The translations under genes and the position numbers were made by a program. From IMG/VR virus record IMGVR_UViG_3300043425_001539, positions 174,476 through 238,475 of that record: a stretch of 64,000 bases of DNA. One strand, 5' to 3'. Positions within the stretch are counted from its first letter, which is position 1; the number at the start of each line of letters is the position of its first letter. Below the pieces are notes generated by a model. The model saw nothing but the letters and a program-made list of their open reading frames with translations. It was not told where the DNA came from and made no database searches. Shown here in pieces: positions 47,711 through 57,301 of this stretch.

Positions 47711-48229
47711 TTATCCAAGTAAAAATAAAACATTATCTTTGATACCAGGAGTAATTATCCCCAATGAATCGTTATCAATTGGAATAAATTTAGCTTCTTT
47801 GAGTCGATCGGAAATTACTCCGTCAATTGCAACCCATTGAATCACTTCCTTTTGTTGTTTAACCCAATTTAAAATTTCAGATTGTCTTTGCTCAGGCGAG
47901 CAAGCAAATTCATAATCGCCAACGGTCATTGCTATGGGTTGTTTGTTTACACCTTGCTCTTTGTAAAAACTGGCAAATTCTTCAAGAGATGCGTGGTTTT
48001 TCCATTCCGAAGTAATCACAAGTTCAGCATCAGTTTTTTCCAAAATTTCATTTAGGATATTTACTGCTTCTTTGTCAAAATCATCAAACCTATAAGCAAT
48101 AGGAATGTCTTTAAAAGACATTCCAGGTTTTTTACCTGCCCATGTATTTTGCTTCTGTTTCCTTGAACCCCAATTTTGGGGTAAACATAATACGCCGTCG
48201 TGGTCTAAAAAAATTATTTTCTTTGTCAT
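47711..48229 (-). CDS. HAD-superfamily protein (Swiss-army-knife RNA-repair type)
   Basis: IFLDHDGVL; ITSEW; WVAID. Confidence 0.75.
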   Translation of the reverse strand: MTKKIIFLDHDGVLCLPQNWGSRKQKQNTWAGKKPGMSFKDIPIAYRFDDFDKEAVNILNEILEKTDAELVITSEWKNHASLEEFASFYKEQGVNKQPIAMTVGDYEFACSPEQRQSEILNWVKQQKEVIQWVAIDGVISDRLKEAKFIPIDNDSLGIITPGIKDNVLFLLG

Positions 48230-48235
48230 ATTTTA

Positions 48236-48475
48236 TTATTTGTTTCTTGCTCTATATCTAGCAAAATCTAATTTGATTTGATTTATAGTTTTTTCCAAAA
48301 TAGCAATCTTTTCTTCAAGAAGCTGTATTCGTTTTTCCTTTTCTTGTTGTTCAACAAGCAAGCGTTGTTTGTCTCTTTTCTCTTGACTCTCTAAGAGTCT
48401 TTGCTTTTTTGCCAAGACAATTTTTTCAATTCTTTCACGCCGTTGTTTTTGCGCTTCTTTAATAGTTTGCTTCAT
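48236..48475 (-). CDS. Coiled-coil hypothetical protein
   Basis: 79-aa charged ORF. Confidence 0.5.
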   Translation of the reverse strand: MKQTIKEAQKQRRERIEKIVLAKKQRLLESQEKRDKQRLLVEQQEKEKRIQLLEEKIAILEKTINQIKLDFARYRARNK

Positions 48476-48478
48476 ATA

Positions 48479-48964
48479 TTAATAATCATATTCATCTGTG
48501 ATGTCTTCTTGTAATGCTTTAACCAAAGGATCAACAATTTCATCTTCATCTTCATTGCTTGTTTCATCATCAATCCTTGTCCATACGCCTGATTCTTCAA
48601 TTTCTTCGGATTCATTTTCATCAGAAGAAATATCCATAGGTGTTAGATTCTTGGATGTAAATACCCAATCCTTATGTTCTTGGCCCGTTACAAGATTTCT
48701 CATATTATAAATTCCCATACCTTGACATACAATTTTGCTGTCTTCAAAAGCATAAGTTCCATTTTCAGAACGCAACAAAATTTGTCTGCGGATTCCTTCA
48801 ATATCCCATAATCCAACAATTGTCCAATTTACACCATTAATTACTGAAGTTTTTCCCAAGTCTTCCTTAAGAAGCCAAGATGTGTGAATAAATTTGCTGT
48901 GGTCATTTAAATATTCTTTCCTGAATTTTTCTTCAGACGATGGTGATAGACTTAAAAGCTTCAT
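48479..48964 (-). CDS. Hypothetical protein with acidic tail
   Basis: Likely start MKLLSL. Confidence 0.55.
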   Translation of the reverse strand: MKLLSLSPSSEEKFRKEYLNDHSKFIHTSWLLKEDLGKTSVINGVNWTIVGLWDIEGIRRQILLRSENGTYAFEDSKIVCQGMGIYNMRNLVTGQEHKDWVFTSKNLTPMDISSDENESEEIEESGVWTRIDDETSNEDEDEIVDPLVKALQEDITDEYDY

Positions 48965-48965
48965 A

Positions 48966-49247
48966 TTAATTAATTTTGTTTTTGATAAGTTTACACAAGT
49001 TTGCAATTTGTGGATTATATGTCATCATATGTTTAATACTTTGACATGCATTAATAACGGTTGCATGATTATTTTTTCCATGCTGTTCGGATATTTTTTG
49101 CAGAGAATATTCTGTGAAATATCTACAAGCCCACATGGACAAATGACGAGCGGTTACAACCGATTCTTTGCGAGAATTTCCTGTAATGTCTTTAACAGGT
49201 ATGTGAGTTTCCTCGGATACAATTTGAATAATTTCTTGTATTGACAT
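48966..49247 (-). CDS. Stand-alone DnaA C-terminal (domain IV) HTH protein
   Basis: I..I...V, R....V.ARH..MW, T..SL..I...G..HATVI.A pattern of Bac_DnaA_C. Confidence 0.8.
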   Translation of the reverse strand: MSIQEIIQIVSEETHIPVKDITGNSRKESVVTARHLSMWACRYFTEYSLQKISEQHGKNNHATVINACQSIKHMMTYNPQIANLCKLIKNKIN

Positions 49248-49301
49248 ATAACAATTATATTGGTTTAATCCAAAAAAGTTTTAAAAAAAGCAAATTATTT
49301 T

Positions 49302-49694
49302 TTAAAAAATTAAAGCCAAAAGAGCACCTATACTTCCAATTGCCACAGTTGCAGCAGTATAAAAACGACGCTTATAAATTTTATTCTCGTGTGCTAATAC
49401 ACCGTTTTTTGCAAGTAGAATTTCTTCGTCGTGGAAATTTTTAACTCGCTCGCGGTATAATTCATTTTCAATTTTTTTCTGATTGAGTTCCAACAAAGTT
49501 ATTCGATATTCTTCAGACAAGCTGTCAATCGTATGTGCTTGCATTACTCGGTCATAATTAATATTGTCTATGACACGCACAAGTTCATGGAGTTTTGTTT
49601 CGTCTTCTTCACATTGTGGGTGCAAAGGATTTTCAGTTTGTGCATAAACACTTGAAAAGCTAAAAAGCAAAGAAATTAAAAGTAAGTCTTTCAT
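49302..49694 (-). CDS. Signal-peptide/TM coiled-coil protein (spanin-like?)
   Basis: N-terminal signal-like segment and C-terminal TM helix. Confidence 0.4.
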   Translation of the reverse strand: MKDLLLISLLFSFSSVYAQTENPLHPQCEEDETKLHELVRVIDNINYDRVMQAHTIDSLSEEYRITLLELNQKKIENELYRERVKNFHDEEILLAKNGVLAHENKIYKRRFYTAATVAIGSIGALLALIF

Positions 49695-49705
49695 ATGTAT
49701 AAATT

Positions 49706-49954
49706 TTATTTTTTCCATCTGGGCAATCTTTTTTCGAGAAAAGCATCGTTTGCTTCAACCAAAGTTGCGTCTTTGTTAACTTTTATAAAAGATGCGGATT
49801 CTGAAACGTCATCAAGCTTTCCTATTGTAGGATCAAGCGAATATCTTCCATCTTTTCCTTCAAATAAAATGGCGGTGTCATCATCCAATATATTAATAGC
49901 TGCGTATTTGGGATCTCTATATATTTTATAAAATCCGCGTAATTTTGTTTCCAT
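49706..49954 (-). CDS. Hypothetical protein
   Basis: 82-aa ORF. Confidence 0.5.
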   Translation of the reverse strand: METKLRGFYKIYRDPKYAAINILDDDTAILFEGKDGRYSLDPTIGKLDDVSESASFIKVNKDATLVEANDAFLEKRLPRWKK

Positions 49955-50323
49955 TTAAAAATAATAATTAAAAATATCACATTCAGGATTTAGGTTATGC
50001 AGGTCAGGAAATTTAGTGTCTCCTGGTGTTGAATCATCAATGTATGATATATGCAATTCAGTAAAATAAGGAGCATACTTTTCATATGTTTTTTTGCCTC
50101 CTATACACCAATCAACGTCAAGATTAATTTCTCCTTTAATATCCATAATTAAAATTCTATCTTTTAATATAGGCAATTCTAAGAGAGTATTATGACCTAC
50201 TAATAAAGTCTGTCCGTATGTTAATTTTTTAAAATGTTTAAGATCTTCAGAATTTTTTCCCCAAGGCAATTTTCCTTTTAATCCAATGTACCCTTCTTTA
50301 TTTACTGCAATTATTGCCTTCAT
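49955..50323 (-). CDS. folA: Dihydrofolate reductase
   Basis: IG..GKLPW..EDL.HFK.LT, VG..T, IGG..TY and GDT.FP motifs. Confidence 0.9.
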   Translation of the reverse strand: MKAIIAVNKEGYIGLKGKLPWGKNSEDLKHFKKLTYGQTLLVGHNTLLELPILKDRILIMDIKGEINLDVDWCIGGKKTYEKYAPYFTELHISYIDDSTPGDTKFPDLHNLNPECDIFNYYF

Positions 50324-50459
50324 TTATTTTTGTTTGTTGTTTGTCGCTTGTTTAATTTTGTTAAAAATAGAATCTGTTTTTTCAAAGAAAGAAAGAAAGA
50401 AAATTATTCTTAAATAAAGTGCTGCTGCTATAAAAGCAAAGATAAAAAAATATGACATA

Positions 50460-50780
50460 CTAAAGTTGGTTTATAAATTCTTGAGGGTAAAGTGACCTTG
50501 TGTATGGGTTATCTATTTCATCCCATAAAATAATATTATATTGCCCTCTCTTAAATAGAAAATCTGTTAAATCTTTTTTATGAACAAAGAAAAATATGTC
50601 TGTCCATTTTTTATGCTTGTCGTAAATTACTTTGGGCTTATCATATGTTTCAACTTCGCAGAAAAATTTAACATTGCAATCAAAAGTTTTTAGAAACCAC
50701 TCATTAAACATATCTTGTGTATCTTCACCTAATGTGGTAAACTTCATTAAGGCTAATGTATATTCTTTATCTGTCTTCAT
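50460..50780 (-). CDS. Hypothetical protein
   Basis: 106-aa ORF. Confidence 0.55.
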   Translation of the reverse strand: MKTDKEYTLALMKFTTLGEDTQDMFNEWFLKTFDCNVKFFCEVETYDKPKVIYDKHKKWTDIFFFVHKKDLTDFLFKRGQYNIILWDEIDNPYTRSLYPQEFINQL

Positions 50781-51103
50781 ACAAATTGATTAATATAAAA
50801 ATAAGCAACTTCATCAGGAGAAGTGCAAGAACCATTAAATGATTCTATCTTTCTATTTACTTTTTTATTTAGATTTTGATAGCAGTCATATATAACCGTT
50901 TCATATTGCCTAACTACATATTTAATAGTATCTTCATTCAAGGTAGCCTTCTTTCCATTATTTAATCGAATAACTTCTGAGTCCAATCGGTATCTTACAT
51001 ATTTATGAAATGATATTGTGCCAGTGTCATAACACAAAGGACATAATTTATTTTTGTAAAAGTCTCTTGTCTCTTTATTAAAGTTGCAAATTATACAGTT
51101 CAT
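50777..51103 (-). CDS. Zinc-finger-containing hypothetical protein
   Basis: CxxC..CxxC at the N-terminus. Confidence 0.55.
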   Translation of the reverse strand: MNCIICNFNKETRDFYKNKLCPLCYDTGTISFHKYVRYRLDSEVIRLNNGKKATLNEDTIKYVVRQYETVIYDCYQNLNKKVNRKIESFNGSCTSPDEVAYFYINQFV

Positions 51104-51490
51104 ATGAAAGACATTTTAAGTTAAGCCCAATAAAAATTAAAATACTTCGGGTTATCCAAATCCATTTTACGCAAACGTTTATGCAGTAACCGCTTCATCC
51201 TTTTTTTAACATTTTTGTTTACGTTTCTTTTTTGTTCTTTGCAATGTTTACAAGTACAAGATTTGATATAATTACTCATTTTTTGCTTATAATTTTGGTT
51301 GAAAATAATAATGCTATCAGCAAAGAAAAGAAAAAAATTTTTATCTCTTGAATAGGAGAAAAGCCCATATCAGCAAATAAACCGCTCAATGCTAATGTTA
51401 CAATTGAACCAAATAAAAGTGCAATTACCAAATAGCATTTCCTGATATACAGCTTCATGGGCTTTCTTTTGATTATATATTTTTCACCGT

Positions 51491-51709
51491 CTATACAAGT
51501 TCTACCAACCCTTCAAAAGAATCGCGAAATACTTCCAACAAATGGTCATAATCACCAGACATCATCTTTTCTTGAATTTCTTTAACTTGTTCAGGCGAGT
51601 AGCCAAAGCTACGACCAAGACTTTTAACTCGTCCTAAGATATAAAAGGCATTGCCCATTGGACCATTTAGATCGATCATTTCGTCACGGATAATAAGTGT
51701 TGAGTACAT
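51491..51709 (-). CDS. Conserved small phage protein
   Basis: IDL.GP.GNAF.ILG..M.SGDYDHL motif. Confidence 0.6.
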   Translation of the reverse strand: MYSTLIIRDEMIDLNGPMGNAFYILGRVKSLGRSFGYSPEQVKEIQEKMMSGDYDHLLEVFRDSFEGLVELV

Positions 51710-51965
51710 AATGAATAAATTTTTTAAAGTGATGTATTAAGTTTTGCGTTTGCTAATTGAATATTTTTTTGATCCCAACCGTTCATCCAGGCTTTACATG
51801 CTGCAACAAATTCAACGCCTTCGGAAAATACGGCTTCTTTGAATTTTGCATTTAGAATAGGCACTCGTGGCTCATCAGCTAATTTAGCGTCTTCGCCCAT
51901 TTTCTGAAATCGAAGAAGAGGAATAGACTTTTTATTTTTCTGAGACATAAGAAACAGTTTAGATA

Positions 51966-52223
51966 TTAATTATCTGATTCAGTTTTAATAAGTGCACGTT
52001 GGCGCTTGTATTCTTGAATTTTGATATCTATGCTGTCAATTGTGTTTTCAGCCAATGTATCATTGATTGCAATTTTATAACCGTAATTGTTTGGTTCTGC
52101 AATTATAGCTGGCGCAGCAATTACCGGTGGTTTTTTTGTTTTTGCAGATTGTGCTGTTTGTGCAGTTTGTGCAGTTAAGGCAATCGGAGAAAAGGCAAGA
52201 ACAGCAATGGCGAATAATTTCAT
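51966..52223 (-). CDS. Secreted-type small early protein (start MKLFAIA)
   Basis: Signal-peptide-like N-terminus, AQT repeats. Confidence 0.55.
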   Translation of the reverse strand: MKLFAIAVLAFSPIALTAQTAQTAQSAKTKKPPVIAAPAIIAEPNNYGYKIAINDTLAENTIDSIDIKIQEYKRQRALIKTESDN

Positions 52224-52237
52224 GATTGTATTGTTTA

Positions 52238-52328
52238 GTTGTTTATTAATTATATACAAATATACAAACTTTTTGCGAACTAAAAAAATTTTTGGGTAAC
52301 TTTTTTTCTTAAAAAGTGTTAAAATTTT
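52238..52328 (-). promoter_or_regulatory. Early promoter cassette copy
   Basis: Same consensus. Confidence 0.8.
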
Positions 52329-52642
52329 AAAGTCTTGGACCACTTCTGCTCGCGTTCTTCAAGTTTACTTAAACATTCTTCAATGTCTTCAAGTAAAATT
52401 TCGCCGTATTCTGTTTCCCGAAATATTTTATGTGATTTGGCCATATCGGTTAGGTCTTCTAGATTATTAAGCAAATCATAAGCAACCGACATTGTTGCTA
52501 ACAGCTTTGGCAAATTTACGCCAGCTGTAAAGCGGATAGTCATAGACTCTTCATTATCAAGAGACATTAAATATGGGTGTCCGTCATCTTCGGGATAAAA
52601 GATTTGCAAATTAAGATCTGCTGGGCGTTTATCTTCTGTCAT
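52319..52642 (-). CDS. Hypothetical protein
   Basis: Stop codon lies inside the cassette. Confidence 0.6.
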   Translation of the reverse strand: MTEDKRPADLNLQIFYPEDDGHPYLMSLDNEESMTIRFTAGVNLPKLLATMSVAYDLLNNLEDLTDMAKSHKIFRETEYGEILLEDIEECLSKLEEREQKWSKTLKF

Positions 52643-52682
52643 CGTATTAAATTTTAATTGTTAAATAAATGAATAATTTGCA

Positions 52683-53123
52683 TTACTTAATTAGTTGTGG
52701 GTGTAAATATTTTTCAGGTGGGATTCCAATTTCTTGACAAAGACTGATAAATTCCTTAAGTTTTACATTTAACTGCTCTACTTCTTTTTCTTTAATCCTG
52801 ATCTTTTCAAGAAATGCTTGCAGTTCATTGGTTAATCCTTCATCGGAATTGTAAACCATAATTCCAGAGAATACGCCTTCAGACCTCCACCATTTTCCAT
52901 TCGGCTTGTTTATCTTAACGTTTGCTTGATAATGAACACTTACATCATCATCGCCCCAGCTTTTAATTAAAAGACGGGCATCAAGAGATGTAGAAAATTC
53001 GATCTCTTTATTTATTTCATCACCGTCAAAAATGGTATAAAAATCATATTTTATTTGTTGGCTATCAAGAAACTTGGTTATTTTTTCATAAGTGGAAATA
53101 ACCTTAAGATTTTTATGCAGCAT
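52683..53123 (-). CDS. Paralog family A protein
   Basis: FL....KY..FL..I..LCQEIGIPPEKYL. Confidence 0.6.
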   Translation of the reverse strand: MLHKNLKVISTYEKITKFLDSQQIKYDFYTIFDGDEINKEIEFSTSLDARLLIKSWGDDDVSVHYQANVKINKPNGKWWRSEGVFSGIMVYNSDEGLTNELQAFLEKIRIKEKEVEQLNVKLKEFISLCQEIGIPPEKYLHPQLIK

Positions 53124-53150
53124 AATAATTTTAATTAAAGAGTTGAATAA

Positions 53151-53663
53151 TTACTTCCGAATTGAAAAAATTTCAGGAACCCACTTAATTACAGGAGGAG
53201 TAAACGACTCCCAGACTTCTTCACGTTTAACAGAAGTCCAATAATCTTGATGAGGTTTCCAAATCGGGTCATCGTCAGGAAAATATGGCGCACCGGGGTT
53301 TTCTTCAAAAAACTCTTTTTCAATTTCCTTTCGGGCAATGTCATCACGTCTCTTAACTTCTTCGTATGGAATTTCAACCATTTCTGACCAATCTTCAAAA
53401 TACTGAATAGTTGATCTTGTGCCATACATCATTATTGTATTTGGTCTACATGTCCGTCTGACCTCTTTAATATAAAAATCCTTATGTTCTTGTGCCCAAG
53501 TACGCTTAATTTTGCCATCACATTCAAGCTTCCATCCTATCAACCACTTTGGAGGAATCACAAGAATTTCTTTATCGTAATACGGAACGTCGATGATAAA
53601 AGGCACATTAACAGGTGCTTTAAATTCACCGAGGATGGGCAAAGAATTTTTTGAATTTTCCAT
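53151..53663 (-). CDS. Hypothetical protein
   Basis: 170-aa Pro/Trp-rich ORF. Confidence 0.6.
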   Translation of the reverse strand: MENSKNSLPILGEFKAPVNVPFIIDVPYYDKEILVIPPKWLIGWKLECDGKIKRTWAQEHKDFYIKEVRRTCRPNTIMMYGTRSTIQYFEDWSEMVEIPYEEVKRRDDIARKEIEKEFFEENPGAPYFPDDDPIWKPHQDYWTSVKREEVWESFTPPVIKWVPEIFSIRK

Positions 53664-53669
53664 GGAAAA

Positions 53670-54131
53670 TTAATTGTTTGGTGTTAAATATTTTTTAATG
53701 TCAATGTTATGCACTTTACAAAATTCACGCAACTCTTTAATCTTGGTTTTTAATTCCTGATTAATTTTTGCTTGTTCCTGCTCAGCATTCTTGACATGCA
53801 ACAAAAAATTGCGTGTCATATCCAATATTTTTTCTATTGGCTGATTGTATACTGCATTAAACCATGACAGGTTTTCACGTATGTACAAGTCACTTATCAT
53901 AAATTTAACATAAAATTCATCGGCATCCGTTACAGGATCAACGAATCTTCCTACCTTTATATAAGGCCACTTGCCGCTTTCTTTTAATTCGTCTTGCCCT
54001 TTTAGGATAACTTCTATGCATTGAAATTCGTCTCGCATAATATATTTAATACCTTCACTCTCCAATAAATCCAAAATAGAATGACAGGTTGAAACAACTT
54101 GTTTGTCAAGTACTGATTTATCTTTTGACAT
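53670..54131 (-). CDS. Paralog family A protein (start MSKDKS)
   Basis: VGRF.D..DADEFYVKF..FCKVHNID..KYL. Confidence 0.65.
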   Translation of the reverse strand: MSKDKSVLDKQVVSTCHSILDLLESEGIKYIMRDEFQCIEVILKGQDELKESGKWPYIKVGRFVDPVTDADEFYVKFMISDLYIRENLSWFNAVYNQPIEKILDMTRNFLLHVKNAEQEQAKINQELKTKIKELREFCKVHNIDIKKYLTPNN

Positions 54132-54175
54132 ATGTGATAATTTTTGGTATAATGATAATAAATTGTTAATACAAA

Positions 54176-54460
54176 TTATAGGCAACACTCAACCTGATAA
54201 CAGGTTTTTCCTTCAAAAGAAAATTTAACCAGGCGCCATGGATTTTGCGCCGTAAACTTGTACCAATATTTTCCACCGTGACCTGTAATTGCTGATGCAT
54301 AATAGCCGCGGTGCTGTGGATTACGCCAATCATATTCAGAAAAATCGTTAATCTTTTGATTAAATAAAAGAACCTCTTTTAATATGTCGGTATATCCAAA
54401 AGACTTGTTACCGAAACGCATTTGAAGAGCTTGAAGAACATGCATTTTAACGTTTTTCAT
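54176..54460 (-). CDS. Paralog family B protein
   Basis: YTDILKEVL..YDWR...HRGYY..QNPWRLVK. Confidence 0.75.
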   Translation of the reverse strand: MKNVKMHVLQALQMRFGNKSFGYTDILKEVLLFNQKINDFSEYDWRNPQHRGYYASAITGHGGKYWYKFTAQNPWRLVKFSFEGKTCYQVECCL

Positions 54461-54550
54461 AATTGTTGTTTATTAATTATATACAAATATACATACTTTT
54501 TACAACCTGGCAAAATATTTTTACCAAAAAAATGTTAATGAAATGTTAAC
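54461..54550 (-). promoter_or_regulatory. Early promoter cassette copy
   Basis: Same consensus with a shortened upstream part. Confidence 0.75.
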
Positions 54551-54929
54551 GAAAATTTTGGTATTTGAAATAATCATTTAAGGTATTCATAATTCCAATT
54601 GCTCCTACAGTATTAGCGCTGTGAACAAAGCATTTGGGAAAACTGATGTTATTGTCTATGCAGAAAGCAACAAGCCATTTTGCACAATCTTTTCCCGTAT
54701 ATTCAACATTATCTTGAAAGTCTGCTAAGTCATGGTCAAAAGATACGGTTTCAATAGTTTTTCCTGCGGCATAATATTCTTTGATAACATCAACAAATTC
54801 GTTATAGCTGCGAACAATCACCCAATCTTCTTTATAAATATCCTGAGTTTTTGGCATGTTAGGGGTATTGTATTTTGTGCAGTCAAGTGGCACCCGGATA
54901 TCGTCAAGAAATAATTTGTAGTTTTGCAT
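54546..54929 (-). CDS. Cyclic-phosphate-processing receiver-like domain protein
   Basis: LFLDDIR, SFDHDL, TG.DCAKWL and VHSAN..G motifs. Confidence 0.7.
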   Translation of the reverse strand: MQNYKLFLDDIRVPLDCTKYNTPNMPKTQDIYKEDWVIVRSYNEFVDVIKEYYAAGKTIETVSFDHDLADFQDNVEYTGKDCAKWLVAFCIDNNISFPKCFVHSANTVGAIGIMNTLNDYFKYQNFR

Positions 54930-54936
54930 ATCAGCG

Positions 54937-55059
54937 GTTGTTTTTAATTTATATACAAATATACAAACTTTTCGCGACCTGGCAAAATTTTTTCACAACT
55001 TTTTTTCTAAAAAAGTGTTAAAATTTTCTGAGACAAGAGATAAGAGATAAAAGAGATAA
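54937..55059 (-). promoter_or_regulatory. Early promoter cassette copy with TTATCTC repeats
   Basis: Upstream extension identical to 38291-38322. Confidence 0.8.
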
Positions 55060-55060
55060 A

Positions 55061-55579
55061 TTATATTTTAGAATCAAAAAATACTTCACAATGGTCTCGT
55101 GAATACCAACCAGTAATACTCATACCAATACCGGGCTTATTAATACCAGATTCAAGTAAATCTTTATCTCGGCCATATCTGTAACGAGTAGACATTTTAG
55201 AAAAAGCTGCAACCCAAACCTTTATACTGGTTTTTACCCAAGTACCATGTTTTTGTATTACATCAGCCTCACTTACATATTCTTCAAGGTGATGCCAAAT
55301 TACTCCATTAGTCTTGCGGAACTCTTTTCTGATTTGACGTAATTTAGTTCTCCAGTGCAGTGTGCCATCATTGGACTTAGGAAAAACTCCAGGCTGGGTT
55401 TTATCAAGAGCACCCAATAGAAAAAACTCCTGTGCTATTTTAGGCATAGCATAAAAGCCTCTTTTTGCTGGTGGACTGTGGTAAGAATATTTTGAATCGT
55501 CTTTCTTAAAAGCTTTTTGTTTTTTAAGATTAAGACCGCCAAATCTTACAAATATGTATGGATCTTTTCCTTTTAACAT
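55061..55579 (-). CDS. Hypothetical protein
   Basis: 172-aa ORF; H.PPA.RGFYA.P. Confidence 0.6.
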   Translation of the reverse strand: MLKGKDPYIFVRFGGLNLKKQKAFKKDDSKYSYHSPPAKRGFYAMPKIAQEFFLLGALDKTQPGVFPKSNDGTLHWRTKLRQIRKEFRKTNGVIWHHLEEYVSEADVIQKHGTWVKTSIKVWVAAFSKMSTRYRYGRDKDLLESGINKPGIGMSITGWYSRDHCEVFFDSKI

Positions 55580-55614
55580 AAGTCTTTAATTATAAATTTT
55601 TAGTATTTGGATAA

Positions 55615-56058
55615 TTAACTCATTAGCGCATTAATTAGTTTTTTTCTAAGTTTGTTAACGTGGGCCAGTTCCGCAAGCAATTCTGTTTTCTTAACATTCT
55701 TTATTGCTTTTCCATTCACTCTATTTATTACAATGTAATGTTCATCTTTACTTGGCGAAAATTCGGATAATAAATTATAACATTTTTCAAAATCACACAT
55801 CGTGCCTTCTTCTAAAGTACGCTCTTTTATAGAGGATTCTACTGAAGTATTTGCTCTACTCACTAAACTATTTTCCCAATTTTTGGGATTAAATCCTTCT
55901 CCAATTTGGAAAGGATTTTCATTTTCATTTTCCAATTCAATCCATTCATCGCAGCCGTCAGAAATTGGTTTAGATTTATACGCATAAGCATAACCGTTTT
56001 GGTCAACCGCCGCCCAGCTAAAACCCTCAGGTATCAGATCAGGTGTTAAAGTTTTCAT
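55615..56058 (-). CDS. WAAVD-family paralog
   Basis: IPEGFSWAAVDQNGYAYAY..GEGF...WENSLV. Confidence 0.7.
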   Translation of the reverse strand: MKTLTPDLIPEGFSWAAVDQNGYAYAYKSKPISDGCDEWIELENENENPFQIGEGFNPKNWENSLVSRANTSVESSIKERTLEEGTMCDFEKCYNLLSEFSPSKDEHYIVINRVNGKAIKNVKKTELLAELAHVNKLRKKLINALMS

Positions 56059-56082
56059 ATTCTGTTGTTATATTATTTGTTT

Positions 56083-56307
56083 TTAACTGTATGTTTCTGA
56101 CAAATATTCCCAAGCAACAACCTTATGTTCTAAAACTTTGGCTGTGAAATTATCCTTCCATTCGCCGTATTCATTAAAATACGCAATGCAACTTTTGAAA
56201 GGGAGTGGGATATCAATATCAATAGGTTTAGCATTGTCTGTTTGCATAATAACAATGCATGTACAATAAACCATTGGTTTTTCGTCTGCAAATTTTTTAA
56301 ATTTCAT
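56083..56307 (-). CDS. Hypothetical protein (DUF551-like)
   Basis: ..KP..AY..W..VVAW pattern. Confidence 0.45.
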   Translation of the reverse strand: MKFKKFADEKPMVYCTCIVIMQTDNAKPIDIDIPLPFKSCIAYFNEYGEWKDNFTAKVLEHKVVAWEYLSETYS

Positions 56308-57173
56308 AGCTTTTGCAATTCTTTTGATATTTCATTAAAAAATATTTTGCTGTCTTTTTCGCTAATGATAAGATATTCAAATGTATACCCTTCCCAATCT
56401 TCATTATCCACAATGGTATAACTAGCCTCATTTAATATCTTGTTTAAACGTTCTACTAAATCAGTTTTATATTCTAAATGATTGATGATTGATTTAGGAA
56501 TAATTATTTTTTTCCCATAAGTGTCTGATGAATATCTGCTATTAAAAAAATTTGCAAAATCAATCATCGAAATATTGTGAATTTCTAAACCTGTTCTGCC
56601 TGACTGACTATAACTAACATACAAATGTGAACCACTGCGCAAGTCCAACGAATTAGGTTTTAATTGTTTAATGTCATTTATTGAAGGCGAAACATTAACC
56701 GCATGTTTAATACTAAAAACATTTGATTTGTTTTTTCCGTTAACACTAAACCATCCATTATTATGTTGCATTAATGTTGCCATATACCAGCCGTCATTAA
56801 CTTGCGTTTTTCCACAATAGTTGGAATGCGAAGATGAAGGAGCAGGCACCCAAAACACACCTTTATCAAAAACTAATCCATCTTTGACTTCAATTAATTT
56901 AGTATTACCTTTACTAATACAACCAACCGAAATATAAAAAGACCACTCTTTAAAAGAGTTATAATATTTAATAACCTCTTCTTTGTTTGCCCAATCAATT
57001 GGTATATCCAAATTTTTTTGAGAGATAATTTCGCTATCATTAAAGTTTGTAAATAATCGGTTTATAGAGTTCCAACTGTGGCGCTTGCCATTCAGCCAAC
57101 AACTTTTCTCATTCATCTTAGTCACCACCGAATCCATTATGGTATCTCCAATGTTTAAATTAAAATTTTCCAT
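56304..57173 (-). CDS. Hypothetical protein (start MENFNL)
   Basis: Long ORF. Confidence 0.6.
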   Translation of the reverse strand: MENFNLNIGDTIMDSVVTKMNEKSCWLNGKRHSWNSINRLFTNFNDSEIISQKNLDIPIDWANKEEVIKYYNSFKEWSFYISVGCISKGNTKLIEVKDGLVFDKGVFWVPAPSSSHSNYCGKTQVNDGWYMATLMQHNNGWFSVNGKNKSNVFSIKHAVNVSPSINDIKQLKPNSLDLRSGSHLYVSYSQSGRTGLEIHNISMIDFANFFNSRYSSDTYGKKIIIPKSIINHLEYKTDLVERLNKILNEASYTIVDNEDWEGYTFEYLIISEKDSKIFFNEISKELQKL

Positions 57174-57224
57174 ATTTTGATTGTAGTTTTGGGTAAAAAA
57201 TATTGTTTGATGAAATATTATTAA

Positions 57225-57301
57225 AGCCAGGTCAGAACTCAATTCTATAAACTTTTTGTTTCCAAACCGATGTATCGTCTACCAAATTCCGCTGCTTGAC
57301 T
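57225..57301 (-). pseudogene. Degenerate tRNA-like element
   Basis: AGTCAAG..GCGGAATTTGGTAGACG 5' half and CCTGGCT 3' end like 61400-61521; T-arm decayed. Confidence 0.5.

Noticed and set aside
18568-52343. ORF-track N-termini such as MPKNF..CIFVYKLK or KILTLF.KKS.PKI..YLYII as a shared protein domain
   Set aside because: These are translations of the promoter cassette from alternative start codons; the likely ATGs lie downstream (19098, 34404, 34975, 35346, 42685, 52223).
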